From Sedimentisphaeraceae bacterium JB056 (lineage in GTDB: Bacteria > Planctomycetota > Phycisphaerae > Sedimentisphaerales > Sedimentisphaeraceae): a DNA stretch of 64,000 nt. The notes beneath the pieces are model-generated. The model worked only from the letters and a program-made list of their open reading frames with translations. It searched no databases and was not told the DNA's origin. Numbering within the stretch: the first letter of the stretch is position 1; each line of letters begins with the position of its first letter. The stretch lies in NCBI GenBank assembly GCA_044440125.1, contig JBITAJ010000031.1:1-64000 (forward strand). Direction: 5' to 3'. The translations under genes were made by a program, and so were the position numbers. Of the stretch, positions 1-9,495 are shown piece after piece.

Positions 1-256
1 TTTTTTTGGGAGAAAATCAATAAAACTTCACCTTATTTCAACATAAAATAAAGACTTACAGCAATATTTTGGGGTAAAGTTTTTGAGCCACCACCATAAC
101 TTATTTAAAGTAAAGAACTTCAAGACAAACGGAATGGCTCTATGCCTTGAAATATCTCTCGAACAGCGGATAAATCGCTTCGTATAGATACTCATACGGG
201 TAATATTAAATGCAAATTCAGATAAAACGGAATTGTCTTAACAATAAAGGACTATA

Positions 257-925
257 ATGAAAGTAATTAAATCATTCTTTCTTATCCTGCCGACTGTTGT
301 CGTAATAATAGCAGCAGCAATAATTTACAACAATTTAACAACAAACAAAACCATAGAAGAGCTGCTTAGCGAAAATACCGAGCTTAAAGAAGCTATATCA
401 AACCTCGAATACGAAGAACAAATCGGCTACGCTAAAGTGTTGGCACAATACCAGAGAGATGACAAACTTTATACGAAGCTATTGTTTGTAGAGACAGTCC
501 CGGGCGACCCCTCCTCTCAGGTACTGCGGAAGGAATTTGAGATTGAGGGCGATGTGGTTCATTTCGATGCTATTATTGTCAAATTCTCAGGTCCGCTTGT
601 AACCGACGGCAAAGAAAGAGCCTTGTATATGTGGCGAAGGGTGTACGGAGAGAGCATGAGCCCCGAACAAGGCCTGCCGATTGAAACGGAAGGGCTGCCC
701 TCAGTAAGATACGAGAGCCTCTGCCGTAAACTCTCAATCGAAGACAACGAGCTTTTCTGGTCGCAGCTCTGGAATCTCTCCAATGACCCTAAAAAACTCG
801 AACCGCTTGGCGTAAAAGCGATTTTCGGAAATGTCGTATATAAACGGCTAAAACCCGGCCTTGTATACATATTTAAAGTTAACAGCTCAGGCAACCTTTA
901 TCCAGAGACAATACCCGACTTTTAA
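257..925 (+). CDS. Hypothetical protein with N-terminal membrane anchor and short coiled coil
   Basis: 222-aa ORF with AAAGGA RBS. Hydrophobic N-terminus (FFLILPTVVVIIAAAII) followed by heptad-like IEELLSENTELKEAISNLE. No recognised family. Confidence 0.75.
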   Translation: MKVIKSFFLILPTVVVIIAAAIIYNNLTTNKTIEELLSENTELKEAISNLEYEEQIGYAKVLAQYQRDDKLYTKLLFVETVPGDPSSQVLRKEFEIEGDVVHFDAIIVKFSGPLVTDGKERALYMWRRVYGESMSPEQGLPIETEGLPSVRYESLCRKLSIEDNELFWSQLWNLSNDPKKLEPLGVKAIFGNVVYKRLKPGLVYIFKVNSSGNLYPETIPDF

Positions 926-1102
926 AATACCTGATATGTAAATCAATTGCGAATTTGCTGCCCTGTGTTGAAGAAACAAAATATTACTCACCATAACAAA
1001 CCTGCATTTACTGCTTGCACAAACATGCCAAGATAATATAATACTTTCCTATATACCTATAGTATATTTATATTAAAGTATTCAAAAATCGCTCAAGGAA
1101 GG

Positions 1103-1351
1103 ATGGAAATCATGAAAAAGGCAGTTGCTGTTATAGGTGCACTATTTATGTTCATTGCAACATGGCTGATTTCGGGCATACTGGTTGCTCTAATCTGGGA
1201 GTATTCACGCACAGAAGTTACAATTGGCGCCTTGAGTACAAATATAGCAGGGCTAATAGGTTTTATATTAGCGACTTTAGCCGCAACCCATACATTTCGG
1301 GCTTCACTAAAAACTAAAACAGGAAAATCGGATAAAAAAATTGAAGAATAA
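1103..1351 (+). CDS. Small two-TM membrane protein
   Basis: 82 aa, AAGGAAGG RBS, two hydrophobic segments and a Lys-rich tail. Confidence 0.65.
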   Translation: MEIMKKAVAVIGALFMFIATWLISGILVALIWEYSRTEVTIGALSTNIAGLIGFILATLAATHTFRASLKTKTGKSDKKIEE

Positions 1352-1398
1352 TTGAATCTTCAATTTTAACTTGCGGCCTTGCGTTGAAAACCATAGTA

Positions 1399-2133
1399 TC
1401 ACTTCTTTAAGTTCAACAGCAATTGCTTTATTGCTGAGATTCGTTTTATTGTTGCCGGATGGGTTGAGAAATACTCATCGGTCGCGTTTCTTGATTCGTT
1501 TTTATGGCACTCAGCAAGTTTTTTCAGTGCCTTTACTGCGGCGTCAGCTTTGAAACCAGCGGCTCTGGTCAACTTCACGCCAAATTCGTCTGCCTCAAAT
1601 TCCTGCGATTGAGAATAGGCGCTCTGGAAAAATTTCAAGCCTGTACTCTTGAGCATAGCAGAAATCTTTCCTTTAACCGGCAAAGCTCGCGTAACAGCTC
1701 CAAGAGCCGCAGAATTCACAAGCCTGTTGACCGCATGCTTACGTACAACATGCCCCATTTCATGTGCTATGACAAATGCCGACATATCAGGATCCTCACC
1801 ATAAAGATCAAGCAAAGAAGATGACACAAAAATAAATCCACCCGGCACGGCAAAAGCATTCGGCGTGGTATCGAGATATACGAAAAAGTTGAATTTTATT
1901 TTTTTATTTGCCACGCGTCTTGCAAGTTTCGACCCGTAAGCAGAGACGAATTTCTGCCTTGCCGATGCAGCCATGGCCATCTCATTCATTACAGCTGAAG
2001 CAATATCAAGCCCTACTTCACGTTCCGCGGTTATCGCCTCATCCGCATCTGCAGTCAGCGACTTCCAAACCCACTTGCCCTTGCGGACTTTTGGACCAAG
2101 CATCTTACCAAGATTGTAGAATATTCCTGCCAT
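1399..2133 (-). CDS. M48-family zinc metallopeptidase
   Basis: PNAFAVPGG, HEMGH (HExxH), YSQSQEFEAD and FSTHP motifs. Start moved to the ATG at 2133 to avoid overlap with the upstream gene. Confidence 0.9.
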   Translation of the reverse strand: MAGIFYNLGKMLGPKVRKGKWVWKSLTADADEAITAEREVGLDIASAVMNEMAMAASARQKFVSAYGSKLARRVANKKIKFNFFVYLDTTPNAFAVPGGFIFVSSSLLDLYGEDPDMSAFVIAHEMGHVVRKHAVNRLVNSAALGAVTRALPVKGKISAMLKSTGLKFFQSAYSQSQEFEADEFGVKLTRAAGFKADAAVKALKKLAECHKNESRNATDEYFSTHPATIKRISAIKQLLLNLKK

Positions 2134-2138
2134 AAAAA

Positions 2139-3320
2139 TCAGCCAAGTTTGGATGCCAAGTTCGCCGCAAGCTCTCTGCACTGTTCGATCTGCTCGGCCT
2201 TGGCATTGAACCTCGCCTCAATCACAGGCTCGGCCAGCTCAAGCCTTGCCTGCTCAACGAAATCTTTTATACCATCAACGCCGCCGCCGCTCCAGCCGTA
2301 TGTACCCATAATACCTACAACCTTATTCTTGACCATCTTACCGGTAAGAAGATTGAGCAGGTTCGCCATCAATGGAAATACCTTCGTATCATAAGTAGGT
2401 GCGGCAAGTACCAAACCTTTATATCGCCAGATATCACGGACAATGTAGGAACTGTGTGTTTCGGAAATATTGTGGACTTTCACTGCCTCAACACCTTTCT
2501 CATAAAGCATCTCACTGAGTAGCGATATCATCCTTTCGGTATTGCCGTACATCGAACCGTAAGCAATCACAACGCCCTTCTCGCCTTCCTGACTGCTCCA
2601 CTTCTTATATTTATTGATTATCCATTCAGGATTATCCTTCCAAATCGTACCATGAGCCGGGCAAATTGTGTTTATTTCCAACTCGCCAAGCTTACCAAGT
2701 GCCTTACTGACCATTGATGAGTACTTGCCGACAATATTCGAGTAATACCTCAGCAGATCATCCTCATATTTGTCCAGATCATTTCTGCCGTCAAACAAAG
2801 CACCATTATTAGCCCTGAAAGAACCAAACGCATCACCTGAGAACAGACATCCCGTTTTAGCCTCATAAGTCATCATGGTTTCGGGCCAGTGTATCATCGG
2901 CGTCTTATAGAAAATCAGGGTATGACTGCCGGTGCTAAGCTCCTGACCATCTTCAACCTGTTCAACATCTTCAAGGCCCGGAAAAATATGTTCGAGAAAC
3001 TCGACAGTCTTTGAATTTCCAATAACCTTCATTTCAGGATAGTATTTTTTGAGCATCTCGATTGAGCCGCAATGATCGGGTTCAAGGTGATGAACAACGA
3101 GATAGTCTATCTTCTTATCACCTATAGCTTCAGTAATATTGCCGAGAAATTGGCTGAACTTTATATCTTTAACTGTATCAAAAAGAACAACCTTGCTATC
3201 ATCAAGCAAATATGAATTATACGAAATGCCTTCAGGAATAGGCCATAAAGCTTCAAAAGTATGACTTGTTCTGTCGTCAACGCCTACCGAATAAACATTA
3301 TCTTGTATCTTTCTGCTCAT
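2139..3320 (-). CDS. fprA: FprA-type flavodiiron protein (metallo-beta-lactamase + flavodoxin domains; O2/NO reductase family)
   Basis: GISYNSYL, HLEPDH, IHWPE, SGDAFG and PAHG diiron ligands; flavodoxin YGSMYGNT and GTYGWSGG. Start at ATG 3320 with GGGGAAG RBS. Confidence 0.9.
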   Translation of the reverse strand: MSRKIQDNVYSVGVDDRTSHTFEALWPIPEGISYNSYLLDDSKVVLFDTVKDIKFSQFLGNITEAIGDKKIDYLVVHHLEPDHCGSIEMLKKYYPEMKVIGNSKTVEFLEHIFPGLEDVEQVEDGQELSTGSHTLIFYKTPMIHWPETMMTYEAKTGCLFSGDAFGSFRANNGALFDGRNDLDKYEDDLLRYYSNIVGKYSSMVSKALGKLGELEINTICPAHGTIWKDNPEWIINKYKKWSSQEGEKGVVIAYGSMYGNTERMISLLSEMLYEKGVEAVKVHNISETHSSYIVRDIWRYKGLVLAAPTYDTKVFPLMANLLNLLTGKMVKNKVVGIMGTYGWSGGGVDGIKDFVEQARLELAEPVIEARFNAKAEQIEQCRELAANLASKLG

Positions 3321-3524
3321 TGCTTCCCCATGAAGTTTATAAATATCAAAAACATGCATATTAAAACATCGTTTATGATTATATACTCAAAAATCCACAT
3401 TACAAGCATCAATCAATACATAAATAACGTACATCGAAATATTTAACTATTAGTTCTTTGACTTCCTACAGCGAATTTGATAATTTAATTATCAATATCT
3501 AAAACTTTTTGCAGAGAAGACACT

Positions 3525-5339
3525 ATGTTAAAAAAAGCAACGCTTATTCTACTTTTAATTTTTTCGACAAGCTCATTTGCTCTCGATATTATGAGTGTAT
3601 TAAAGGACGGCGGGGAAGGGTTCGACCCGTGGAATCAACAGCGATGGAAAGAGTGGTATGAGGGTAACAAAGTAGTCAAGCCGTTTGAGATAAGTGAGTC
3701 CGTTACTTTTGCAAAGCGCGGAGAGAACTGGCAGCCGGATATAAGCAAGCTTGAGAGCAAGGCTTTGTTCGTGATATCACCGAAGCAAGCAATTGATATT
3801 GACGGCAACGGAATAGTCATAGATGTCAGAAATCCCGGCAGCAGAGACTGGACACTGAAAAAAGCTTACATGGGCGGATGGCTGGGTCGCAACCTGTCGC
3901 TGAGAAAAAATTACGGTTTTGTTTTTTCCATTGCAAATAAGAACAACCGCCCTTCCGGGATAAGGAATTTTACCATCAGAGGTTTCGAGCAGGCTATAAG
4001 AACATCAAGCAGACAAAAAACAAAACTTGTAATAGAAAAATGTGTTTTCAACCGCAATAAATGGGGCGTTTACCTCAGCGGGCAGAATACTACGGTTAAG
4101 AACAATCAGTTCATCGAAAATGCCGGTGGAGGAATGTATTGCGGATCGGGAAATCACGACAATATCATAAGAGGTAATACCTACCGTGACAACGGATATG
4201 TAAAAGAAGTTTCATATGCAGATATAGTATTCGATACGGCATACAATATGGTCGTAGAAGATAATCTCTTCATCAATTCGGAAATAGAACAGCAGCATTT
4301 CAGCGCAGCAGTCTCGATGTACCGAAATATGGGCGAGAACGGCAGGCTCAGAGAGGATGCCCCGCATAACAACACAATACGCAATAACAAAATATGCGGC
4401 CGAGAAGTGGGTATTCAGATAGGCGCGCGGATGGGAAAAAAGACAAAAAATGACGTATCGCTTGAAGGAAGAGATTACGCTTTCGATAACATTATATTAA
4501 ACAACAGCTTTAAGAACGTTACAGTGGGAATCAAGCTCAACACCGGTTTCAATACCGTTTCCAGCAACATATTCGAAGATGTTAAAGAGCCGATTGTTCT
4601 GCACTGCGTTTTTTATAATCTTATACAAAACACCATATCAAATCAAAAAGCCAATGACATCAGGCTCTGGTTGACGGAAAAAGACTATGAAAAATATAAG
4701 TGGATATTCCCAGATCAGTCAGATCTAAGCAACGCAATAGATAAGAGCGAGAAGCTTGTGCAGATAAACGCCGATGGGCTTGATGGCAATATTGGGTATG
4801 AAGGAGAGGCAAAGGTTATAATATCCAACCGAAAAGAGCCTTTCAATATATCCAATCTCGTTAAGGACAAGGCAATACAAAAAGTAGAAGGAGATTTCTA
4901 CGAAAATCTTGCTGGAAACGAGATTGCCTTCATATGGGATAAACCGATATCGGAGATCAATACATTCGGACCCTTCAGCCATAAATTTTACACTATAACC
5001 ATTTATGACCAGCGAGGAATGGAGATAAACCGCTGCGGAAGAAGCAAAGACAAGTGGAAATTCATAGCTGCCGGTAATTTCCTGCCGGATAAGGGGGATG
5101 AAATAGCTGCAGTAAGTGAAAAAGCAGATGGAAACGGTAATTATACGGTTAAGATATTCCGCCGCGGTTATGCAGAACCTGCGATAATCATGTTGAAAAA
5201 CAATTCGAGACAAATAACATCCATAAACACTAACAGCTTCTCCGGATCAAACGAGAAATTTGATGAAATAGCTGTTAATTTTACAGAAGGTCAACCTTTA
5301 TGTATAAAACCTTCAGATTTAAGCAAGCAAACCGAATAA
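3525..5339 (+). CDS. Secreted right-handed beta-helix (pectin lyase-like/NosD-like) protein with C-terminal FG-GAP-like repeats
   Basis: Signal peptide (…STSSFA). Asn-ladder coils (NTTVKNNQF, DNIIRGNTY, NNTIRNNKI). Three GDF/GNF…EIA repeats near the C-terminus. Confidence 0.7.
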   Translation: MLKKATLILLLIFSTSSFALDIMSVLKDGGEGFDPWNQQRWKEWYEGNKVVKPFEISESVTFAKRGENWQPDISKLESKALFVISPKQAIDIDGNGIVIDVRNPGSRDWTLKKAYMGGWLGRNLSLRKNYGFVFSIANKNNRPSGIRNFTIRGFEQAIRTSSRQKTKLVIEKCVFNRNKWGVYLSGQNTTVKNNQFIENAGGGMYCGSGNHDNIIRGNTYRDNGYVKEVSYADIVFDTAYNMVVEDNLFINSEIEQQHFSAAVSMYRNMGENGRLREDAPHNNTIRNNKICGREVGIQIGARMGKKTKNDVSLEGRDYAFDNIILNNSFKNVTVGIKLNTGFNTVSSNIFEDVKEPIVLHCVFYNLIQNTISNQKANDIRLWLTEKDYEKYKWIFPDQSDLSNAIDKSEKLVQINADGLDGNIGYEGEAKVIISNRKEPFNISNLVKDKAIQKVEGDFYENLAGNEIAFIWDKPISEINTFGPFSHKFYTITIYDQRGMEINRCGRSKDKWKFIAAGNFLPDKGDEIAAVSEKADGNGNYTVKIFRRGYAEPAIIMLKNNSRQITSINTNSFSGSNEKFDEIAVNFTEGQPLCIKPSDLSKQTE

Positions 5340-5365
5340 AAAGTGTCCAAAATGGAACATAAGGA

Positions 5366-5394
5366 TTGACTTTTGAGGGGGTTCCTTTTAAACT
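5366..5394 (+). promoter_or_regulatory. sigma70-type promoter
   Basis: TTGACT-17 nt-TAAACT; predicted TSS ~5401. Confidence 0.6.
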
Positions 5395-5400
5395 ATTCTG

Positions 5401-5583
5401 GCAGTGGTTTTGATGAATTAACAAGACTTTAGCCACGTGCAACTTCATTTATGCAGCCTGGTTTAACCTAATCACAAACTTCGCTTGAGGTTTATATTGA
5501 TGTTGGTGATATTGGGTATAATTATGAAAGACCTTTGCATCTTTAATGGCTAAGACGTTACTATAAATTTTAAAGGCAACTGC
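5401..5583 (+). ncRNA. Candidate 6S-like RNA (or highly structured kdsB leader)
   Basis: 183 nt starting at the predicted TSS and folding by eye as one imperfect rod: GCAGT/ACTGC ends, TTAGCCA(5429-35)/TGGCTAA(5547-53), TGCAA/TTGCA, TTCAT/ATGAA, apical AAACTTC-GCTT-GAGGTTT. Confidence 0.45.
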
Positions 5584-5593
5584 GAGGTAAGCA

Positions 5594-6328
5594 TTGAAAA
5601 ACATAGTTATAATACCTGCCCGATACGATTCAACTCGTTTCCACGGGAAAGTTCTCGCCAAAGAAACCGGAAAATACCTTCTGCAACATACTTATGAACA
5701 GGTATTAAAAGCGCAAAGTGTCAGCGATGTCTATATCGCGACCGACAGCAACAAGGTTTTTGAAGCGTGCCGAGAGTTTGGCGGCAACTGTATTATGACC
5801 AGCGACCAGCACAAAAGCGGAACCGACCGAATAGCAGAAGCAGCGGCCAACATTGAAACGGACATGATCATAAATGTGCAGGCTGATGAACCGGAAATAT
5901 CACCTGACGACATTGACATGCTCGCTCAGACAATGGAGCAAAATCCGGAAGTTCCAATGGGAACACTCGTAACAAAGATATCAGACCCTCAATGGCTTGA
6001 CAACACCAATGTGGTAAAAGCCATTCTTGATACAAAGGGAAGAGCAATATATTTCTCAAGAGCCCCTATACCTCACAATCGTGACAAGGGATGCGGAAGC
6101 TGCGAGCTTGCGTACCGGCATCTTGGAATATATGCCTACCAAAAGGAGTTTCTGCTCCAAATAACAAAGATGCCTCAAACTCCGCTTGAGAAATGCGAAT
6201 CACTTGAGCAATTACGGGTTATAGAAAACGGATATCCCATAATCACAGCAAAAGTTGATGCAAGCCCTGAGGGGATAGACACCCAGCCGCAATACGAGGA
6301 TTTTGTAGAACGAATGAAAAACAAGTAA
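5594..6328 (+). CDS. kdsB: 3-deoxy-manno-octulosonate cytidylyltransferase (CMP-Kdo synthetase)
   Basis: IIPARYDSTRFHGK, SGTDRIAE, INVQADEP, YFSRAPIP, RHLGIYAY, ESLEQLRVIENG. TTG start with GAGGT RBS. Confidence 0.95.
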   Translation: MKNIVIIPARYDSTRFHGKVLAKETGKYLLQHTYEQVLKAQSVSDVYIATDSNKVFEACREFGGNCIMTSDQHKSGTDRIAEAAANIETDMIINVQADEPEISPDDIDMLAQTMEQNPEVPMGTLVTKISDPQWLDNTNVVKAILDTKGRAIYFSRAPIPHNRDKGCGSCELAYRHLGIYAYQKEFLLQITKMPQTPLEKCESLEQLRVIENGYPIITAKVDASPEGIDTQPQYEDFVERMKNK

Positions 6329-6363
6329 TTTATAAATATTAAAAAAACACTTAGACAACCAAA

Positions 6364-8145
6364 ATGACAGATAAAAACGAAGAACTCTTAGCAAGCGTTA
6401 GCTCGGTATCAACAGATACAGAATACTTTTCCCCTATTCCAGAGGGATATGTAAAAGGAAAGACCAAATATGTAATAGTGCTTGGCACCGTTATGAGCGG
6501 TCTTGGAAAAGGAATATTTTCATCCTGTATGGCAAAACTCATGCAGGATAAAGGCCTCAGCGTATCACCGATAAAGCTTGAAGGTTATATGAATATGGAC
6601 TCGGGCACACTCAACCCCTTCAGACACGGAGAGGTGTTTGTCCTCGATGACGGCATGGAATGCGACATGGACCTGGGAACTTACGAACGTATGCTCAACC
6701 AGGATCTGAGCAGATCAAATTTCAGCACAAGCGGACAAATTTTCCACTCTGTGCTTCACAAAGAACGTCACGGCGACTATCTTGGCCGCGATGTGCAGAT
6801 GATCCCGCATATCACAGGTGAGGTAAAACTTAAACTTCGCAGACTGGCCATGCAAAGCAAGTCAGATGTAGTCTTCGTTGAAATAGGCGGCACAGTCGGT
6901 GACCTTGAAAACGCCTTCTATATCGAAGCAATGCGAGAGATGGCATACGAAGAAGGGGCCGGAAACTGCTGTTTTGTAGCATTAACCTACATTCTCGCTC
7001 CTAAGACACTTGGAGAGCAGAAATCAAAGGCAGCCCAGCTCGGCATTCGCGAACTGATGGAAAAAGGTATCCAACCCAATATCATCGCATGCAGAAGTGA
7101 ACAGCCGGTAACCAAGACAGTACAGCAGAAGATAAGTGTTTTCAGTAACGTACCTTACGAAAACGTCTTCAGCATGCATGATTCAGACAGTATATATACG
7201 ATACCGATGATGCTCAGAGAAAGCGGTCTGGATTTCAGCGTAATAAGAATGCTTGGTCTTGAAGAAAAGGTTGATCTGAGAACCGAAAGACGTGAATGGG
7301 AACGCTGGTGCAACTTCACGGACAAGATCAAAAAAGAGAAAAATAAAGAAGTAACTATCGGTATTACAGGAAAATACACTTCTGTACGTGACAGTTATGC
7401 ATCAATCATAAACGCCTTGGAACATTGCGATATATGGCTTGGATGCAAAGTCAACATAAAATGGATAGAAGTTACCGAGATTACAAAGGACAATATCACT
7501 GAAAACATGCAGGATGTAGACGGTATAATTGTTCCTGGCGGTTTTGGTACAAGAGGTACTGAAGGCAAGATAGAATGCATAAAATATGCGAGAGAAAACA
7601 AGCTGCCCTACCTTGGCCTCTGTCTTGGTTTCCAGATGGCCGTTATTGAATACGCAAGGAATGTTTGCGGCATAAAAGATGCAAACAGTACAGAGATTAT
7701 CCCAAATTGCCCTAATGCCGTCATTGACATACTTCCTGAGCAGAAAAAAATTGAAGGACTCGGAGGCAACATGCGTCTGGGTGGGCATGATGTGGAAGTT
7801 AAGAAAGACACTCTCGCTTACAAGATATTCGGTAACAAAGAATCTGCAAGAATGAGATTCAGGCATAGATACGAAGTTGACCCGAAATACATCGAACAGC
7901 TTGAAAATGCCGGACTTATATTCTCCGGTAAAGCTCCGAATCACCCGATTATGCAGATTCTCGAGCTTGAGGATCATCCCTTCTTTATGGGAACACAGGC
8001 TCATCCGTGCCTCACCTCAAGACCTCTCGACACAAGCCCGATGTTCCTCGGCCTTGTAGCAGCAGCCATGAAACACAAATATCCGGATTCGAATCTTCCT
8101 GATGTAGTTGAAATGGTTAACGATGTAACTAAGAAGCAAAGCTAA
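6364..8145 (+). CDS. pyrG: CTP synthase
   Basis: SGLGKG, HGEVFVLDDGMECDMDLGTYER, EIGGTVGD, VPGGFG, LGLCLGFQ, RHRYEV. The triad reads HPC rather than HPE. Confidence 0.95.
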   Translation: MTDKNEELLASVSSVSTDTEYFSPIPEGYVKGKTKYVIVLGTVMSGLGKGIFSSCMAKLMQDKGLSVSPIKLEGYMNMDSGTLNPFRHGEVFVLDDGMECDMDLGTYERMLNQDLSRSNFSTSGQIFHSVLHKERHGDYLGRDVQMIPHITGEVKLKLRRLAMQSKSDVVFVEIGGTVGDLENAFYIEAMREMAYEEGAGNCCFVALTYILAPKTLGEQKSKAAQLGIRELMEKGIQPNIIACRSEQPVTKTVQQKISVFSNVPYENVFSMHDSDSIYTIPMMLRESGLDFSVIRMLGLEEKVDLRTERREWERWCNFTDKIKKEKNKEVTIGITGKYTSVRDSYASIINALEHCDIWLGCKVNIKWIEVTEITKDNITENMQDVDGIIVPGGFGTRGTEGKIECIKYARENKLPYLGLCLGFQMAVIEYARNVCGIKDANSTEIIPNCPNAVIDILPEQKKIEGLGGNMRLGGHDVEVKKDTLAYKIFGNKESARMRFRHRYEVDPKYIEQLENAGLIFSGKAPNHPIMQILELEDHPFFMGTQAHPCLTSRPLDTSPMFLGLVAAAMKHKYPDSNLPDVVEMVNDVTKKQS

Positions 8146-8180
8146 AGATTCTATGATCTTATTGAGAAGGTAAAGACAAT

Positions 8181-9287
8181 ATGGATAAAGCAGTAAATAT
8201 ACGGTCAGGTCTGTGGTTCTTTATAATTGCAGCTATAATTTGTGTCTGGTGCAGCTACTTTGGCTATTCCGCAACCGTTGAGAATAGCTTTGACACGAGT
8301 TTCTTTAATAAATTCGGATCTGCCCTCTCAGCAATAACGACAGCATATTTACTGCTTATCTTTATGCCTCTTCCGATAGAACAGCATTGGACTGACAAAA
8401 TCCGCCTTGGCATAGTACTCACCATTGGCGCTGTAGTCATGGGTATATTCTGCTGGCCTCTTATAGCTCCTCATGCTGAAAGGGAAACTGTCAGCTTCTT
8501 TTGTTCCTGCATTTCCGTAACAGATGCCCTGATAGTCATTCTGGGTGCGTTTGCAACTGGAGCCGCAGCCTACTTCCTGGGCTACCCCAATGGAAGATAC
8601 ACCGCACTTGCGGCAGTACCTATGGGTGTAGGCATATGGGCTCTTAGAAGCGGAACAATCTCCAACCTCCTAACATACAACAATTCTCCAGAACAACACC
8701 GTCTTGTCTATATGAGTCTTAGATGGGAAGGTATTTTCTGGTTTCTCGTTATTGCTGCCGGCTACGCAGGGGTTAAAACAGCAGCTATACTCTGCAAAGA
8801 CACAGCAAAATCCGAAGAACCAGCAAAAAAGAAGCAGCCGGCCGGTGATCTCGCACTTCCGCTGGTTATCACCGCTGCAATAGCCTGGCTACTGACAAAT
8901 ATTCTTGCGCAATCCCCAAAGATAATGACAACAGGCAACGGCATTATTCATGCTCAGCCGCGACAGGCACAAATAGCATTCGCTCTTTTAGCAGCATTTG
9001 GTGTTGCCGGATACCTTGTCAAAAGATACATGAATGTCAGAATAGAGATACCGGTAATTTCAACAGTTCTGGTAAGTCTGGGTGCAGCCATATTTTCCGG
9101 TCGTGATTCAATCTTAGAATTCTCTAAAAATATTCCGACATCAATATTTCTTCATCCAATATCAGCTATTCTGCCTGTACAAATGATAGCATTCGGTACA
9201 CTTGGAGTCCTAATAGGATATGGAATAGCAATACTAAGCCATCACAAAAAGAAATTACTTGATGCAGACCAGGCCGTCAAGCAGTAA
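8181..9287 (+). CDS. Multi-pass membrane protein of unknown function
   Basis: 368 aa with roughly ten hydrophobic segments; starts 35 nt after pyrG. Confidence 0.75.
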   Translation: MDKAVNIRSGLWFFIIAAIICVWCSYFGYSATVENSFDTSFFNKFGSALSAITTAYLLLIFMPLPIEQHWTDKIRLGIVLTIGAVVMGIFCWPLIAPHAERETVSFFCSCISVTDALIVILGAFATGAAAYFLGYPNGRYTALAAVPMGVGIWALRSGTISNLLTYNNSPEQHRLVYMSLRWEGIFWFLVIAAGYAGVKTAAILCKDTAKSEEPAKKKQPAGDLALPLVITAAIAWLLTNILAQSPKIMTTGNGIIHAQPRQAQIAFALLAAFGVAGYLVKRYMNVRIEIPVISTVLVSLGAAIFSGRDSILEFSKNIPTSIFLHPISAILPVQMIAFGTLGVLIGYGIAILSHHKKKLLDADQAVKQ

Positions 9288-9310
9288 CTGCCATATTGAA
9301 TTAACAAGCA

Positions 9311-9346
9311 GCCAAACTGTCAAACTGGCACCTGACATAACTGTCA
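9311..9346. promoter_or_regulatory. Candidate enhancer (bEBP binding sites) for the dnaK sigma54 promoter
   Basis: Clustered TG(A/T/G)CA half-sites: TGTCA-AAC-TGGCA (9318-9330) and TGACA-TAAC-TGTCA (9333-9346), preceded by GCCA-AAC. Confidence 0.45.
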
Positions 9347-9397
9347 CAATATACTCAAAGCTTTATTAGAAAAGACTTAAACACACTTTCTGATAAT

Positions 9398-9413
9398 TGG
9401 CACGTCTTTTGCT
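9398..9413 (+). promoter_or_regulatory. sigma54 (-24/-12) promoter of dnaK
   Basis: TGGCACGTCTTTTGCT matches TGGCACG-N4-TTGCW with exact GG-N10-GC spacing. Confidence 0.75.
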
Positions 9414-9495
9414 TATATCTCTTGCATATGTAGTAAATTTCCGTTAAATACGGTAAGAACCGATTTATAAATGACTATAAACAGGAGATATAATT

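Noticed and set aside
5500..5553. 17-codon ORF MLVILGIIMKDLCIFNG with a GAGG upstream
   Set aside because: It lies within the paired 3' arm of the rod structure; too short and has no independent support.
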